A stretch of 58,161 bases of DNA, the filler included, from Dirinaria sp. TL-2023a (taxonomy: Eukaryota), in the NCBI GenBank assembly GCA_051941275.1. It is 2 parts of 2 records of this genome, joined end to end, with 100 filler letters (N's around TTAATTAATTAA, not from the genome) between each part and the next. Parts side by side here need not be neighbours in the genome. Positions count along the whole stretch, not along the records: positions 29,221 to 58,161 come from JAVEBF010000120.1; 1 more part is not named here. One strand, 5' to 3'. Numbering within the stretch: position 1 is the stretch's first letter; every line of letters begins with the position of its first letter. The position numbers and the translations under genes are program-made. The notes under the pieces were generated by a model. It saw only the letters and a program-made list of their open reading frames with translations, had not been told where the DNA came from and did not search any database. Below are positions 37,147-49,849 of this stretch, piece by piece.

Positions 37147-37723
37147 GGTTTGCAGTCGACATTGTGCTCTCTGCGACGTGGATCAATCCCATAGGACGCG
37201 TCCTGTGACGACAAGCAATCCGCAGTCACGCGAAACTTCACAGTCAGGCAGAGAGATCATGCTGACGCACGCAAGGGCTTTTAATTCCTGAAGCCTGTTC
37301 GTCTGAGGGATGAACATGCAATGAAAAGACAGGTGTAGGGAGATCGACAAGGATCAGGCTGTCAGGCAGCGTTTTTACGTGGTTCAATGGGAGCTGATGG
37401 TGTTTTCATCATCAAATTTCAGCCTCATGCAACCAGTCGAATGAGCCTGAAGGGCCCATGCAGCGGCGGCTTGGCTCTTGGCTCTTGGCTCTTGGCGAAT
37501 TACTTGGCGGGCGGGCCGATCGTCACCCGAAAGCCTCTCTTGGCGGGGCGTCCTCAGGCATTTCTACTAATGGAGACCCGATGAAACATAGGAGAAGATA
37601 CTCAAGGAAAAATAGCCACAGACAAGTCATCACTTTACTGTACGTACTCAAGCTCCCGCCACTCCAAAGTCTGGAATCACAACCTCGTAGAAAACTAGAA
37701 GACCTACCCAGTAAGCCGCAAGA

Positions 37724-38884
37724 ATGAGTACGAGAGCAGATACCGGGCCCCCACAAGGCCAGCTCAAATATATGACCCCCTACACCATCGCCTCCGACCC
37801 ACCCGAGCCCAAGCCAATCCCTGATCTCACCCATCCCACCGCGTCTCCTTCCGAACGAGCCTCGGCGCGCTTCTCGCTCGCTGGGAAACACGCTCTCGGT
37901 ATGGCCCCGTTCTTGTCTTCCGATCCCTAGCCTCTCAATCTCTCCACTTCCTTTCTATTCATTTTCGATTATCGTACGAAGAAAACAATTCAGAAACTGA
38001 ACGCCAAGAGTCACCGGCGGCGCGCAAGGCCTGGGTCTCGTATCCGCCCGCGCGCTTCTTGAGCACGGGGTGTCCCATCTTGCCATCTTCGACATAGACG
38101 CACAGCAAGGCGCGCTCGCCGTGGAGCATTACCGGAGCATCAGTAGCCCCGAAATCAAGCCCGTGGTCGTGTTTCGCAAGGTGGATGTTTCGGATGAGGG
38201 CCAAGTCAATGAAGCGGTCGGAGAGATAGCGGCGGAGTTCGGAGGGATCGATATCCTGCTTTGCTTTGCTGGGATCACGGGGAGTCGACTAGCAGTCGAG
38301 TATCCGATCGAGGAGTGGCGCAGGATTTTCAATGTGAATGTGCATGGAAGCTTTTTGACAGCCAGAGCGGTGGCTCGGTTCGCCCCCCGACCCTCTGCCC
38401 TCCCATTCTATTGATTGAACAGAACTATTCTCCTTGTTGACTCAGTGGGCTAGAGATATCATAGCCAGAAAAGCGAGCGGATCGATCGTTTTCACCGCGT
38501 CCATGTCAGGGTACATTGTCAACCAGCCACAACCGCACTCGGCATACGCAATCTCTAAAGCGGGCGTGCACCACCTTGCGCGCTCCATGGCCGGCGAATG
38601 GGTGGGGCATAATATCCGTGTCAACTCCATTTCTCCGGGCATCATGAATACGCGTTTGTCGGGTGGGCCGACGCAGGCTGAGCTCCGGCGGTTGTGGATG
38701 GAGAAGAGCCCTATGGGGATAGGGGACCCGGAAGATTTGACTGGCGCTGTTGTTCTGTTGTGTAGTGATGCCGGCAGATTCATGACCGGCATGGATATTA
38801 AAATCGACGGTAAATGGTGCGACAGGCGAAGTGAAATATTTGAGGCTGACTGGAAGATTATTAGGTGGGTATACGATCTTCTAG
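37724..38884 (+). CDS. Short-chain dehydrogenase/reductase (polyol/arabinitol dehydrogenase-like)
   Basis: TGGAQGLG, CFAGI, ASMSG..VNQPQPHSAYAISK, IRVNSISPG, IDG|GYTIF*; three introns. Confidence 0.9.
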
Positions 38885-39003
38885 CCGCCGCCGATCATGC
38901 AAAGTACAGATTGTTTCCTCAATCATGCTCCTCTTGGAAAGGTCTTACTGCTTCGACCATAGTACATGCAGAGACAGCCCTGTTGATTTCGTAGGCTCTG
39001 ACC

Positions 39004-39853
39004 TTAGAACACATCGGTAACTAGACCTGTAGTAGCATCGCCCATACTGTCAGCGAAATTCTTTTTCTCCCCCTGGGCCTTCCTATATATGATAAAGTGC
39101 CCGATAGCGAATATCACTTTCACAGCGAATTCGGCGATTGAGGTATGCCAAGAGTTCGTCTGTCTCAAATCAGCGCCGTGCGGATGATCCACAGAAACGT
39201 AGCCTCACCTGAAGTGAACAGAGTTTCTGAAAGTCCACTACCCCATTAAAGGCCACCTGAATATCTTTAGCCTTGGTCGAGCAGCTCCATCCCCAAAGAT
39301 CATTGTTATTTCCGTGTAACCCCTTCTCATATCTGTAGAGAACCGAGATGATGGCCCACGCCGATATATGAACCACGTATCTTGCGATCGTAAGTTTCCA
39401 GCTGCGTTCGTACCTACTTCGGCAGCAACAGTAACAGCAGAGGATCACCACTGAAACTGCCAACGTCACCCCTGAGCCCACAAGAAACATGATCGCGGGC
39501 CACAGTTTTGTCCCATGCAGAGGCCAGGGATTGCGTGACACAGTCGGGCCGTTGGCCGAGGTGACGTCGCGATACGTGCCTTTGGTGGTCATGAAGATGA
39601 TGTTGACGTAAAGCATGATGCCGAACATGACGACGGCGAGAGTGCTCGACACGGCTTCAGAGACGGCTGTCACTACACGCAACCATCGTTTAAACTTCTC
39701 GAACTTCCTGTAGAACAACCGAGAGGGTTGTTTTGGTTCGTGAGAGCTCTGAGGCACAATGGTGCTGGGTGCATGGCCTGCTGGATTGAGTGGTTCTTCT
39801 TGAGGCTGTGAAGGGCGATTGTAGCTCGGGTCGGGAGAAGGGAGGTTGTACAT
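39004..39853 (-). CDS. Four-TM MARVEL-like membrane protein (HAM-8-like)
   Basis: Four hydrophobic segments, NPWP...LWP, DLWGWSC, VDFQKLC; CCYCCC cluster; one intron near 39208. Confidence 0.75.
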
Positions 39854-40815
39854 TTCGGTAGTGATGAAGTGTTTCTAGGGAAGGGACCGCTCGCCCTTCC
39901 AGTATGATGCTGCTGCTGCGGCCATCTTGAGAGAGACGTATTTTGAAATGAAGTATCTTTTTTAGAACGCTGCTTGAAAAGGAGGGAAAGAAAAAGCTAA
40001 AGACTTGAAAGGAGGATAAAAGACATAGAATGATAAAGAAGGAAGATGAGAAGTGACCGAGGGTGATCATCGTGATTTTGCAACAGACTACTAACAGCGC
40101 CTTCAACGATCTTAACTCCCACGTGGGAGGCCTGATTCGGACATTTTCCTGCGGCTGAGTCTCAGAGAGCTGACAGCGACCGCTGACTAAAGCTTTTAAA
40201 GTTTGGTGAGTTCCGTTGCTGCATCTATCGTGGCCTAGGCCATGCAAATGTTTAGTGCTGATGGCTAGTGCAGATGGCTAGTGCTGCCATCGTCCGAACT
40301 CGTACTCGACATACTCGAGCCTTGGAATCTCATCTTTGGACCTTTGATGATCGATTGCTCTATTGCATTCAAATAGAGCTTTCGGTCTCTGAAGAGCAAA
40401 GTGGGCGGCGAGGCTTTGAGTACGAAGCAAACTAGGTGGTGACTGGTGGGGATGATTGGGTTTATTGGGACACTAGGAGTCAGTGCCCAGAAGGTGTATA
40501 CAGGTGGGAATCTTTCCTATCGTACTCTGGATCGTGATGATTGCACTTAGCGGCGAATCCAGTGGCCTAAATTTCGCAATTCCTAGTTCTCACTGACTAT
40601 CAACCGAATTAAAAATCATCGTATGGCAGTGTACTGGACCAGAACACTTTCAACAAAAAGAAAACAAGATCAATAAAGATCGCATGCTGTTTTCTTGACG
40701 CAAAAGTAAATGTGGATACCACGCCGTCAGACAATACCGCTCAGCCCACCTAAGGACCAACTAGCAAATACTCCAGGTCGTATTTTTTGGGAGGAAAGGC
40801 ACGTTCATCGCCAAT

Positions 40816-42446
40816 CTACCGATCATGCCGAATGCGGAGGCGCATACGCAACGGAGGCTTCTCCCTAAAGAGGAACACACGCTGCTTCTCGAAATCGAAA
40901 TCGTCGTCTAGCACTGTAAACTCAAAGTGCCACAGAAAACGAGATAGAATCATCTTCATCTCCGCATACGCCAGGTGCTTTCCCAAGCAGTTCCTGGGCC
41001 CCGTGCTAAACGGCTCAAAGACGTCTTTGCGGTCAGACGACACAGACTTCATGTAACTGGGATTGTCTGTGGAGAGCCAGCGCTCTGGCAAGAAGCGTTG
41101 TGGCTGAGTGAAATTGGAGCTTGAGCTGTATGCTGCTTGTTGATACACACTTACAATGGTCTTGCAACAAGAAGTCAATGTCAAGAAACATGCCAATATT
41201 GCGAGGCTTTGACTTACCCCTGCTGGAACGTAGTAGTTGGACACAAACTCCCCAGAAGGTGGCGCTATACGAGAGAGTCCGCCAGAGAAAGGCGGATACA
41301 TACGTAGCGCCTCGTCAAGTACCGCTTGTAGATAAGGGACTCTCCCGACCGCTGCCATCGTGATATCTTCTTCGGAATTAAAATGGATCCCAAGCTCGTC
41401 ATTTAGTTTGGCCAGCACATCAGGATGTTTGGAAAGCAAGTACAATGTACCGGACAAAGCAGTGGTGATCGTTTCGGTACCTGCAGGGAGGATAAGTGCG
41501 GCATTAGACTCCATCTCCCCCTCAGACATTGCTTTTTCATCTTTATTACGCAGAATGTAAGTCCAGAAGTCCGTTTTGGTTGGATCATCACCCAGACTCA
41601 GACGTTGCTGAACCTTCTCGGCGCTCATACGTACATGATCTTTGCCCTTCTTCAATCCGGCGAAGGGCGCAAAAAGCATGAGGAATGGAAATAAAGGTCC
41701 AAAAGCTTGGGCATTGATCACATATGTCACAGATTTAAAGAAGCTCATGAGTAAAGAGACCCACGGATGGTAGTCGCTGTGCTCGACGCATTCGAACTGC
41801 GTATTGAGAGCAAGATCTCCGATGATATCGAAGGTCAGATATTCCAACCACTTGACCATATCAATGTCGGTGTTAGTCTCCGCCCTTCGGTGGAGTTGGT
41901 CTATGTATTGGTCAATGTGACAAGTCAGCAAAGGCTCCTGGTCCCGAAGTGCTTTCTCCGAAAAGGCATGAGACAAGCTGCTACGCTGCCGAGCATGATC
42001 CGCATCTGGGGCAGTCAGAAGATTGTGGACGTCGGGCCGCAGGCGGGCATAGCCGTGTCGTTGGAAACTCCGTGCTGCACTCTGTCCGTATATGTCTTTC
42101 CATGAGCCCGGAGTGATGAATGATAAGGCGTTGGGAGTTATGCGGACCACGCCTCCATAGCGTTCATGAAGATCTCGTACATCGAAAGGCTGACGTCCGT
42201 GAACTCCAGAGATGGCTTGGGGAAGATGGGATATGGCTCGTAGCTTGGGGCCAGGAAAAGTTGCGAGAGGATGAAACGTGACGCGATAAATCGCACGGAG
42301 AGCAATGTACGCTACTAGCTTCTAAAGGTGAGGAACTGTGCCAAATGAGCTCGAATAGAGCGTCTTACCAGTAAGGGAATGAGAGTCGACAGAGTCCAGA
42401 CTCGGTGGCTCCAAGAAGCCTCGAGCAGCGGTGGAATGCAAACCAT
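40816..42446 (-). CDS. Cytochrome P450 (CYP65/Tri11-like group)
   Basis: FHPLATFPGP, VRITPN, AGTET I-helix, EALR, PERW, PFSTGPRNCLG heme motif; introns near 42368 and 41217. Confidence 0.93.
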
Positions 42447-42564
42447 GTTGTAGTCAAGACCAGTATGCTGAAATCCGACAATGCTTGATACTTGACCAAA
42501 AAAGTTTGAGGTCTGTAAGGTAAGGTAGGGTATTGAGTCCTGGCGTCCTGGCTAAGGTATGGTA

Positions 42565-42600
42565 CCTTACCTTACCTTACCTTACCTTACCTTACCTTAC
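42565..42600. repeat. (CCTTA)7 pentanucleotide microsatellite in the P450 promoter
   Basis: Seven perfect copies; inverted TAAGG copies at 42516-42525 and 42553. Confidence 0.95.
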
Positions 42601-42973
42601 ATTGTGGAACCCAATTCAGAAGGAGCCTGCAGGCAGTGCAGGGTTGAGGCCATGGCACAGGAAGTGTTCGAGATTCAGGTAAGTCGTCCGTAGATGTCGG
42701 GCCGGGACGGCGGGGATTGCGTTACATGTAAGGTAAAGTAAGATTACCAAGTCCCATACCTGAAGTCCTGGCCAGCGTCATATATGCCAAGACTCGTCGT
42801 CCAGGTGACTACAAGGAGGCTTTGGAGAGCACAGCCAAACCCTAGGCAACAAATTGGCGAGTCCGGGTGATGAGATTAGGTGGTCCTCCGGGCGACTTTT
42901 CGAGAACACCGGTCAACCTGCAACATCGAAAGACCTACTCTCGTGGATGCAGCGATCGCAGTCATCAAACACA

Positions 42974-44931
42974 TCATCCAGGGTCTTGAGGGCCCCGTTG
43001 ATATCGCCAGTATTTCTTACATTCTTCGGCTTCATACTTGAGGTCTTCCTCCTTCTCATAAGAATGCTGCGACTTGAGATGATCTTTGAAGATGCGGTGG
43101 GCATAGAAGTCCCCAAACGGACACGCTCGTTCTCGGCATTTGAACTGACAGCCTGTGGCATATCGCGCCCACATCTCTTCAGTCCTCGAACGCTTTCTCC
43201 TGCATGCGACCAGCTCCTCCGCGCATGCCTGGAGCTGCTGGATAGTGTCCAACCTGGTGGCCCACTCATTGAAAGAGCGCCTAATGTCCGCCATCGTCTT
43301 TGATCCGCCTTCTTTATTAAGCATCCCCTGTTTTGGCTCCCACTCGTCGAGGTCCGTTTTCAAGCCTCCAGGGTGGTTCAAACGGTAATAGGAAAACGTC
43401 TTTCTTTTTTCATGGTCTTGTTCGATTGCCTGGTGCACGATTTCGGGGTCTGTCATGGTGTTTGCAAAATCCCTGGTCGAGTGCGGTATGGATGAAAAGA
43501 ATGGTTTCTTACCGCCATCTTCCTTTAGCTTCCGTGCCGTACCAACGCTGACTACAATACCAATCGAGTTGGGTCCATAGAGATCTTCAATCTCTCTCTT
43601 TCCTTCCCGGGTGGGATTGTTGGTATGGCTAAACCCTCCATCAGTAAAGGTTATTTTACGCCCAGCTGCATGATGGTAAATTTCTAGCGGTTCGAAATAG
43701 AATTGTGCTGCTGTAGCGGCTCGGGCCACTTGCCATACTTCAAAATCCTGGGCACACTCATAATTTATACCCAGCATTCCTTTCTTTCGCCTAGTCCGTC
43801 TCCTGGCACCATTAGTATTTGCAGAGAAACCAGTCTCCGTTCGCGTTTGGTCACTATTCACTCTACTCTGGCTCATTGTCGTCCCGGGAGTCGGTCCCTG
43901 TGACTGATTAGGCGAATAGGTCAACTCGTGGTCGTATGAGCGAATCAGATATAACGATGATGAGAGATTGTCGTCTCGCTTCATCGTGGTCACGAACCTA
44001 GAATAGTGTCAGCTTCCGAGTTATCGGTATAGCCAATCATTTTGCCCAATAGGTCCACATTAGCTGCCGGCCCCGTGTCAGACTTTCAAAGCATTCCATC
44101 AGACGCACGTTCGCTGATTGACAGACTAGTTCTGGGACGCTTACGTTGTGCACAAGCCTCTGCCTGATGGGAACGTGATTCTGCCGGTCGCACTAGGCCC
44201 TGGCATCTCATTACGCCTCTTGGTGACATCTTTAAAGACTTTCTCCAAGTTGGAAGCTTTATACTTGGTGCGGTCTCCTAAGCCAACGCGGAGGGTGAAT
44301 ATCATGCGAGGTTTTCCAAACACTTGCTGGCCGAGATTTCTATATTCGGCGATGCAATCCGGAACTGTCATACGAAATCGCCCCAACATGATTGCAATGA
44401 GTCTGCACGGGTTTTCAACGATATAACACACGAAAAGAGGGAGAATCTTACGCGCCAGTACTCGAGCCTCCAATCTGATCGAAATAATGGCATGGGAGGT
44501 ATCGGTGAGTAGGTGGGACTTTCCCAATCGGATCCTCCGAGAGACCCAAGCTCTGGATGTGACGTATCTCCTCTTCTGTTAAGGGAATTTGAGAGACATT
44601 GGGAGGTAGATCCTCAGGATCAAAGCTGTGCAGAGCCTCCCCATTGTTCAATTTTTCCTCCTCGACGGCGACAAATTCCATAAGCTTTTCGAGAACCAGG
44701 AGGCTCCAATAACCACGGATTCCGCCTCCATCTACCAATGCAATCATTAGATACAGATCTAGTTCAAGAAATCAACATTATCTGACCTAGGCTGAGGATA
44801 TTGAATTTTTGCCACTCTTCACCACGGCTAGAGTTAAAATTTACCGTATCGGTCCGCACAGGACCAAGAAGGGGAGTGATTTCATCATCCCCCAATGGCT
44901 GCTTCTGAGCATTCACCAAGGGTTCAGACAT
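42974..44931 (-). CDS. Patatin-like phospholipase (iPLA2-like) with C-terminal C2H2 finger
   Basis: ILSL|DGGGIRG, PCHYFDQIGGSSTG, LIAIMLGR, VWQVARAATAA, TDGG..NNP, VSVGT; C-x4-C-x13-H-x4-H near C-terminus. Confidence 0.9.
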
Positions 44932-47645
44932 GGGCGCCGTTTCAAACGAATGCCCCTTCTGAAGGGAAGCGCCGCTGCAATGCAAGTGCGCAGGTCTGCT
45001 AATAAATCCATTATTGCGGGAGGTTCACGCAGAGCCGCAAAGCTCAGAGCGCCTGCAGTCATGTTCGACCGACGCAGCTCAAATGAAGCCTTTGCATGGG
45101 GTTAAAATTAAAAAAAGCAATTTAGTGGCCCGCTGGCCAACCATGTGCAGAGACGCCCCCAACCTCACCACCTCTCTTAGCGAATGATGGTCTGGACCCG
45201 CCACAAGCCTGCAGGCGCCGAGGCTCGGATAGGAAATCATCAGTCCTCAGCTCTACCCGAATTCGACGTCCTGATTATGCAGGCGGAAACTTGGACATCT
45301 CGATCAACCACACTACTCTTGTCTGTTAGTTACCATAAACAAGGCTGTTATGCTCAAGATTTCCCTGGATAGTGCGATAAACCCCTCCTGACCGGTTTGC
45401 AGTCACATCGTAATGTCGCGTGGCATTGCCATCCTGCAGGATACGGCGTACTCGTAGTGTCAGCCTCGTCGGAAGCCCAACAGGCACGGCAACAACACGC
45501 GGCATAGTGAAGGCGGGTGATGTAGCACAGTAGCAGCCAGGGAAGCTAGTGTGGATCAAATGGCTATCTTTACTCTTTAAATATGCCCAGACGGATCGGG
45601 TGAAACGATAAATGACGGAGCTGTAATTGAAGTGCGAATGGTCGGGGCTAAAGCTGTACGCTAGAAACTCCCCGCATGCATGACGCCCGTGACTTGAAAG
45701 TTCGTAAAGCGTCTCACGGACGTAAGAGGGTTTCTCCTGACATTCAGCCGCGACAGCTGGCCTTGTGCAAAGAAGACATATATCTATTCAGGGTAGCCGT
45801 GCAACTTCCTCGCCAAGCGATGTGATCATTGTCCTTTCTACTGCGGCTCTATAGTAGTCCGACTCGCCACGCTATCCAAACCTGCATCTTTTTAATCAAA
45901 ATATCCTACTCTATATGGCAATTAGCCACAAGTCACCCACGAGTGCTATCAATCAATCAGATGATCATTTCTTGAGCGAAAGTCAACTGCTCAAGAATCA
46001 AGAACGAACGAATAGCCTTCCTTTCAGCAGAGCTGTCTTTTATAACCCGAATGAGAAGACCACCCAAGTCCGAAGAGCGAAAAATATCGGTCAGTTTTAC
46101 CTTCTCGACCTTTGACGAGGCTGGGCTTACCAGGGCGCTTTTGATCTTGGATAGACAAGACAAGCTATCAGGAAATCAAAATTCCCGCCAGCAACTGGCT
46201 TGTCACTATTTACGTCGACGCAGAGACAGAGTCGAAGCCCACAACGAAAGCAGCGGAGGATGGAAGGAGCAATATAGTACTCACTCAATTGCACCTTAAT
46301 CGTGTAGGCTTCTGGGGCCAAATCCTGCGCCGTGTTGGATTGTTGTCAACGTGTTATGTTATGAATGCACCGCCATTGAGTGAAGCATCGTCGCAGATGA
46401 ACCTACGCGATGCTTCTTGATGAGGCTGCAGATTTCCGGTGCCTTTTTGGGGCGGTTTTCCCCTTTGTTTCATCTCAAGTTTGACTTCTCCGAGTCACAG
46501 GTTTCGAGTTGGGTCAGCGCTTAATATGGTGCGCTTTTCTTGCTTCTTCGATTCTGTACATTTTCTTGGAGTGCCCTGTTTCTTGCAGGATCCAGTGGAG
46601 GGACATACTAGGGGCTAATCGAGATGTGAGCGTATCTCCTATGTTCAATACTCTTTATTTTGGAAAATATGATATTCACGTTGGGGAGGAAAGATGGAGC
46701 TTTGAGCGAAATTTCTGCTCTAGCTATGGGTTTCCAGGATGGACAGGTCTGTCTTGATTCGGTTTTCCATTCACAACGATGCCAAGGAACATGGCGTGTT
46801 ATTGTTTTTCCTACCAGCATGACTTAGCAAGGCGGAACGAATCGAGATTACGCGAACCGTGACAAGACACGCGCCGCTGTTGTCCTACACTCATTGTTTC
46901 AAGTCTTGAGCTTTCGATGAGCCTTTGGCGATGAGCCGAATCGAGATATTATGCATAACAACAATCAGAGAAAACCTCAAACGCTTACGATTACAAATGA
47001 CTATCGCAGTGAACATTTAGCAACGACAAGAATACGATAAAAAAGTAGGCAACCTCATGATGCGGAATGCAACCTTTCTAATCTTATGTCAGCGACGCAA
47101 GCAATATGAGAGATGGGACTGGCAGAACAAGAACAAGTTGAACTGGACTTTAGGAGTGCTTACGAAATTCAAGCCCGTAGTTCTCATGGGACAATGCGAA
47201 AAATTGATGCGCGTGGATCGAAGAAAAGCGAATCTGCGCCTGCTGCTTCTTCTTATGTCAGAATTCTTCACGACCTCTTTCTTAGCTTCTATTCCGGAGA
47301 ACCAGATCTTCTTTGGATGATTTAAAGCAATAAATCGATTGTCAGATGCACTAAAAACCGAAGTTGCGCACAAACTGTGGTCCGCAGGGCACAGAGCACG
47401 TTTGCGATGTAGATCGCATAAAGGAGCTAATCAAAGTCAAGGGATAAAAGACTTTAACAGTCGCTGATGACTTGACTATCGTCACTGTCTTGCGAATTTA
47501 TGTCCACGTTGATCACGTATCTCTCGTACATTATGGGCTCGGTACCCTTGGGCCTCCCGATCACCCAGCTCAAAGCGCAAGGGTGAAGACAATCGACTTG
47601 ACGCATACGAAGCGACGCCGCAGTGACTTTCAGCAATGATACGAG

Positions 47646-48125
47646 CATGAGAACACGAGGAAAAATCAGGCAACTCCATTACGTGGAAGGCAACCTCCAA
47701 CCTCTCGTCAGCTGTGCACTTAGATACGAGGACCAGAAATGGAAGTGGCAACACAATAACGGCTCCAAAAACGTCTTCAAAAAGTCTAGGACGTCCAACT
47801 GAATGATTCTTGCAGAAGAAGCTCGCTCGATGTCAATCTTCAAAAGACTCATCATTCTTTGGAGATATACAAAGAACTAGCGCAATGGTACTCAGTCACG
47901 AAAAGAGCTCGAGGGTCAAATTAGGCAACCTCATACGCAGCTTCCAACCTTGCATCAGCTGTGCATCCAATACGAGAACCAGAACCAGGAGCAGCAACAC
48001 AAGAGCAGGTTCAATAACGCTTAATCACAAGCCTTATAGGTTTGATTACAAAATAATGGCATTCGCCACCGAATGACGTGGTGGTTTTGCTAAGCAGATG
48101 CCAATCTCCCAAAGACTCATCCAAA
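47646..48125 (+). repeat. Degenerate tandem duplication (~250-270-nt period), probable coiled-coil gene relic
   Basis: aggcaac...ccaacct...cagctgtgca...atacgag.accagaa...gcaacacaa occurs at ~47670 and ~47923; gatg.caatct..caaagactcatc at ~47829 and ~48097. Confidence 0.6.
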
Positions 48126-49823
48126 GCACGTAAAATGACAACGCAGCATAAAAATCAACTCATAAACGCAGTCATAGCCAGCTCACTAAAAGGCTCCAAT
48201 CATCCATTCGGCTCGTTCCTACAAAAGCGGACCGGTGAGTCACAAATCTTTTCGCTCGGACCAATGATCAGCTACCACATCTCTCCTATCATACACCATT
48301 TTCATTTCTACTAGAGTAATAGTTGGCTATGCATTCGCCACTCTCGTAGTCTCAAATTGCTGTGTCCCTCTCTCGCGATAAAGTTCATCATCCGTTCATC
48401 CGAGAGATTGGTCTACCAAGTATTCGCCACCACGGTGGCGACACACTTCTTACCTCCAACTTTAATAAAACAGTCTCCCACATGACTCCCTATATCCAAA
48501 AAAAGAAAGGACATTCATATCCATTCATGAAAAAAAAAAAAAAAAAAAAAAAGTCAGAATCCCCAACCACAGAGACCATAATGGTTTCTCGTGGATTAAT
48601 CATCTCAAATTCCTGAGACAGAACAAAAAACCCCCAGCTTTCAGACCCAAGTTCGGGGGAGCTACAATGCTTATCAGCTAGGAAGCTTTTTACCACAAAG
48701 TTCCCTTCCCTCCATCCACTTTCTTAATATTCCCGTCTTTCTATCCTCACGCGCCTGTAATCCAATCAAATAGGCAAACAAATATCTCGAAACCAATACC
48801 CACACCCCCAGCATCTGACTTCTACCTACCGGGATATGTTCCTTTTTTTAATTATGATTAGCGACAAGCAGAGAGAAAGACGACGACCAGAAACTCGAAA
48901 GAGAATTTCAAGAACGAGTTGTCATAACTCTTGAAAGCCGAACGAGAAAACGCATCTATTCAAAGAAAGAAACTGCAGGGGGGAAATATGATACCTCCGT
49001 CTCGATCATATGAAATAGGATCTAATATAGAAATAGCGATACGAGCAGGAAAAGAAACAATCACTCCTTCCTATAACCATCACAAAGCGACTTAACACGC
49101 AATAGAAAAAAGCTCAAATCATGCCTTGTTAAATTAAAAATTCGAATAAAGTCTCCGAAATGACACCTCCCACCCTAGCGCAATGTCAGAGCTCTTCTAT
49201 TTTGTTTGACTTGAAGCTAAATTGAGCAAGACTCACAAAGTACAGAAAGGATCCACCTCAGCAACGCATCGGCTGGCCGCTCGATAATGGTGAGCTCTAT
49301 CAAGCAGATCGAGTAGGTAGAGCAACATATAGGCAGTGCATCCATCTCCTAAATCCATTCACAAGCCCAAAGAGTAAAGCTTTTATATCAGCCATAGGCG
49401 TTCGTGAGTATCCCTTAATACGGTATCTGGACCAAAAATTCCTCGTTCAAAGCAAATGTACCACTGCCGGCGCTGGTATTAAGTTTATTTCATTTAACCC
49501 CCTCTTCCTCTCCCCGTGACCTCTGAAACTGCAATTATCCAAAATCCCACCTTTCAGGCCTTCCAGCTCCGAAGGCCGTAAGTGCACTACGAACAAACCT
49601 CGATCGGTAGTAACCTGATCTCACCCCCTAACTACTGTGATTTCAAAGATCCTGAAGCGGCGCTGAGGTCTCAAGGATTTTTTTTTCGCGCCAGGCTTTC
49701 TATACTGCATTTCGAAACATCCTCACCTGCACTGCAGGGACCTCGAAGGTTGCGCCTCTTTCTCGTCTTGATTAGCAGGAGCAGGAGCATACGTATCCGT
49801 CCGAGAGAGTGGGTAGGTTGATT

Positions 49824-49849
49824 CGTGCGTGTGTGTGTGTGTGTGTGTG
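49824..49849. repeat. (GT)n microsatellite
   Basis: gtgcgtgtgtgt... run. Confidence 0.9.
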
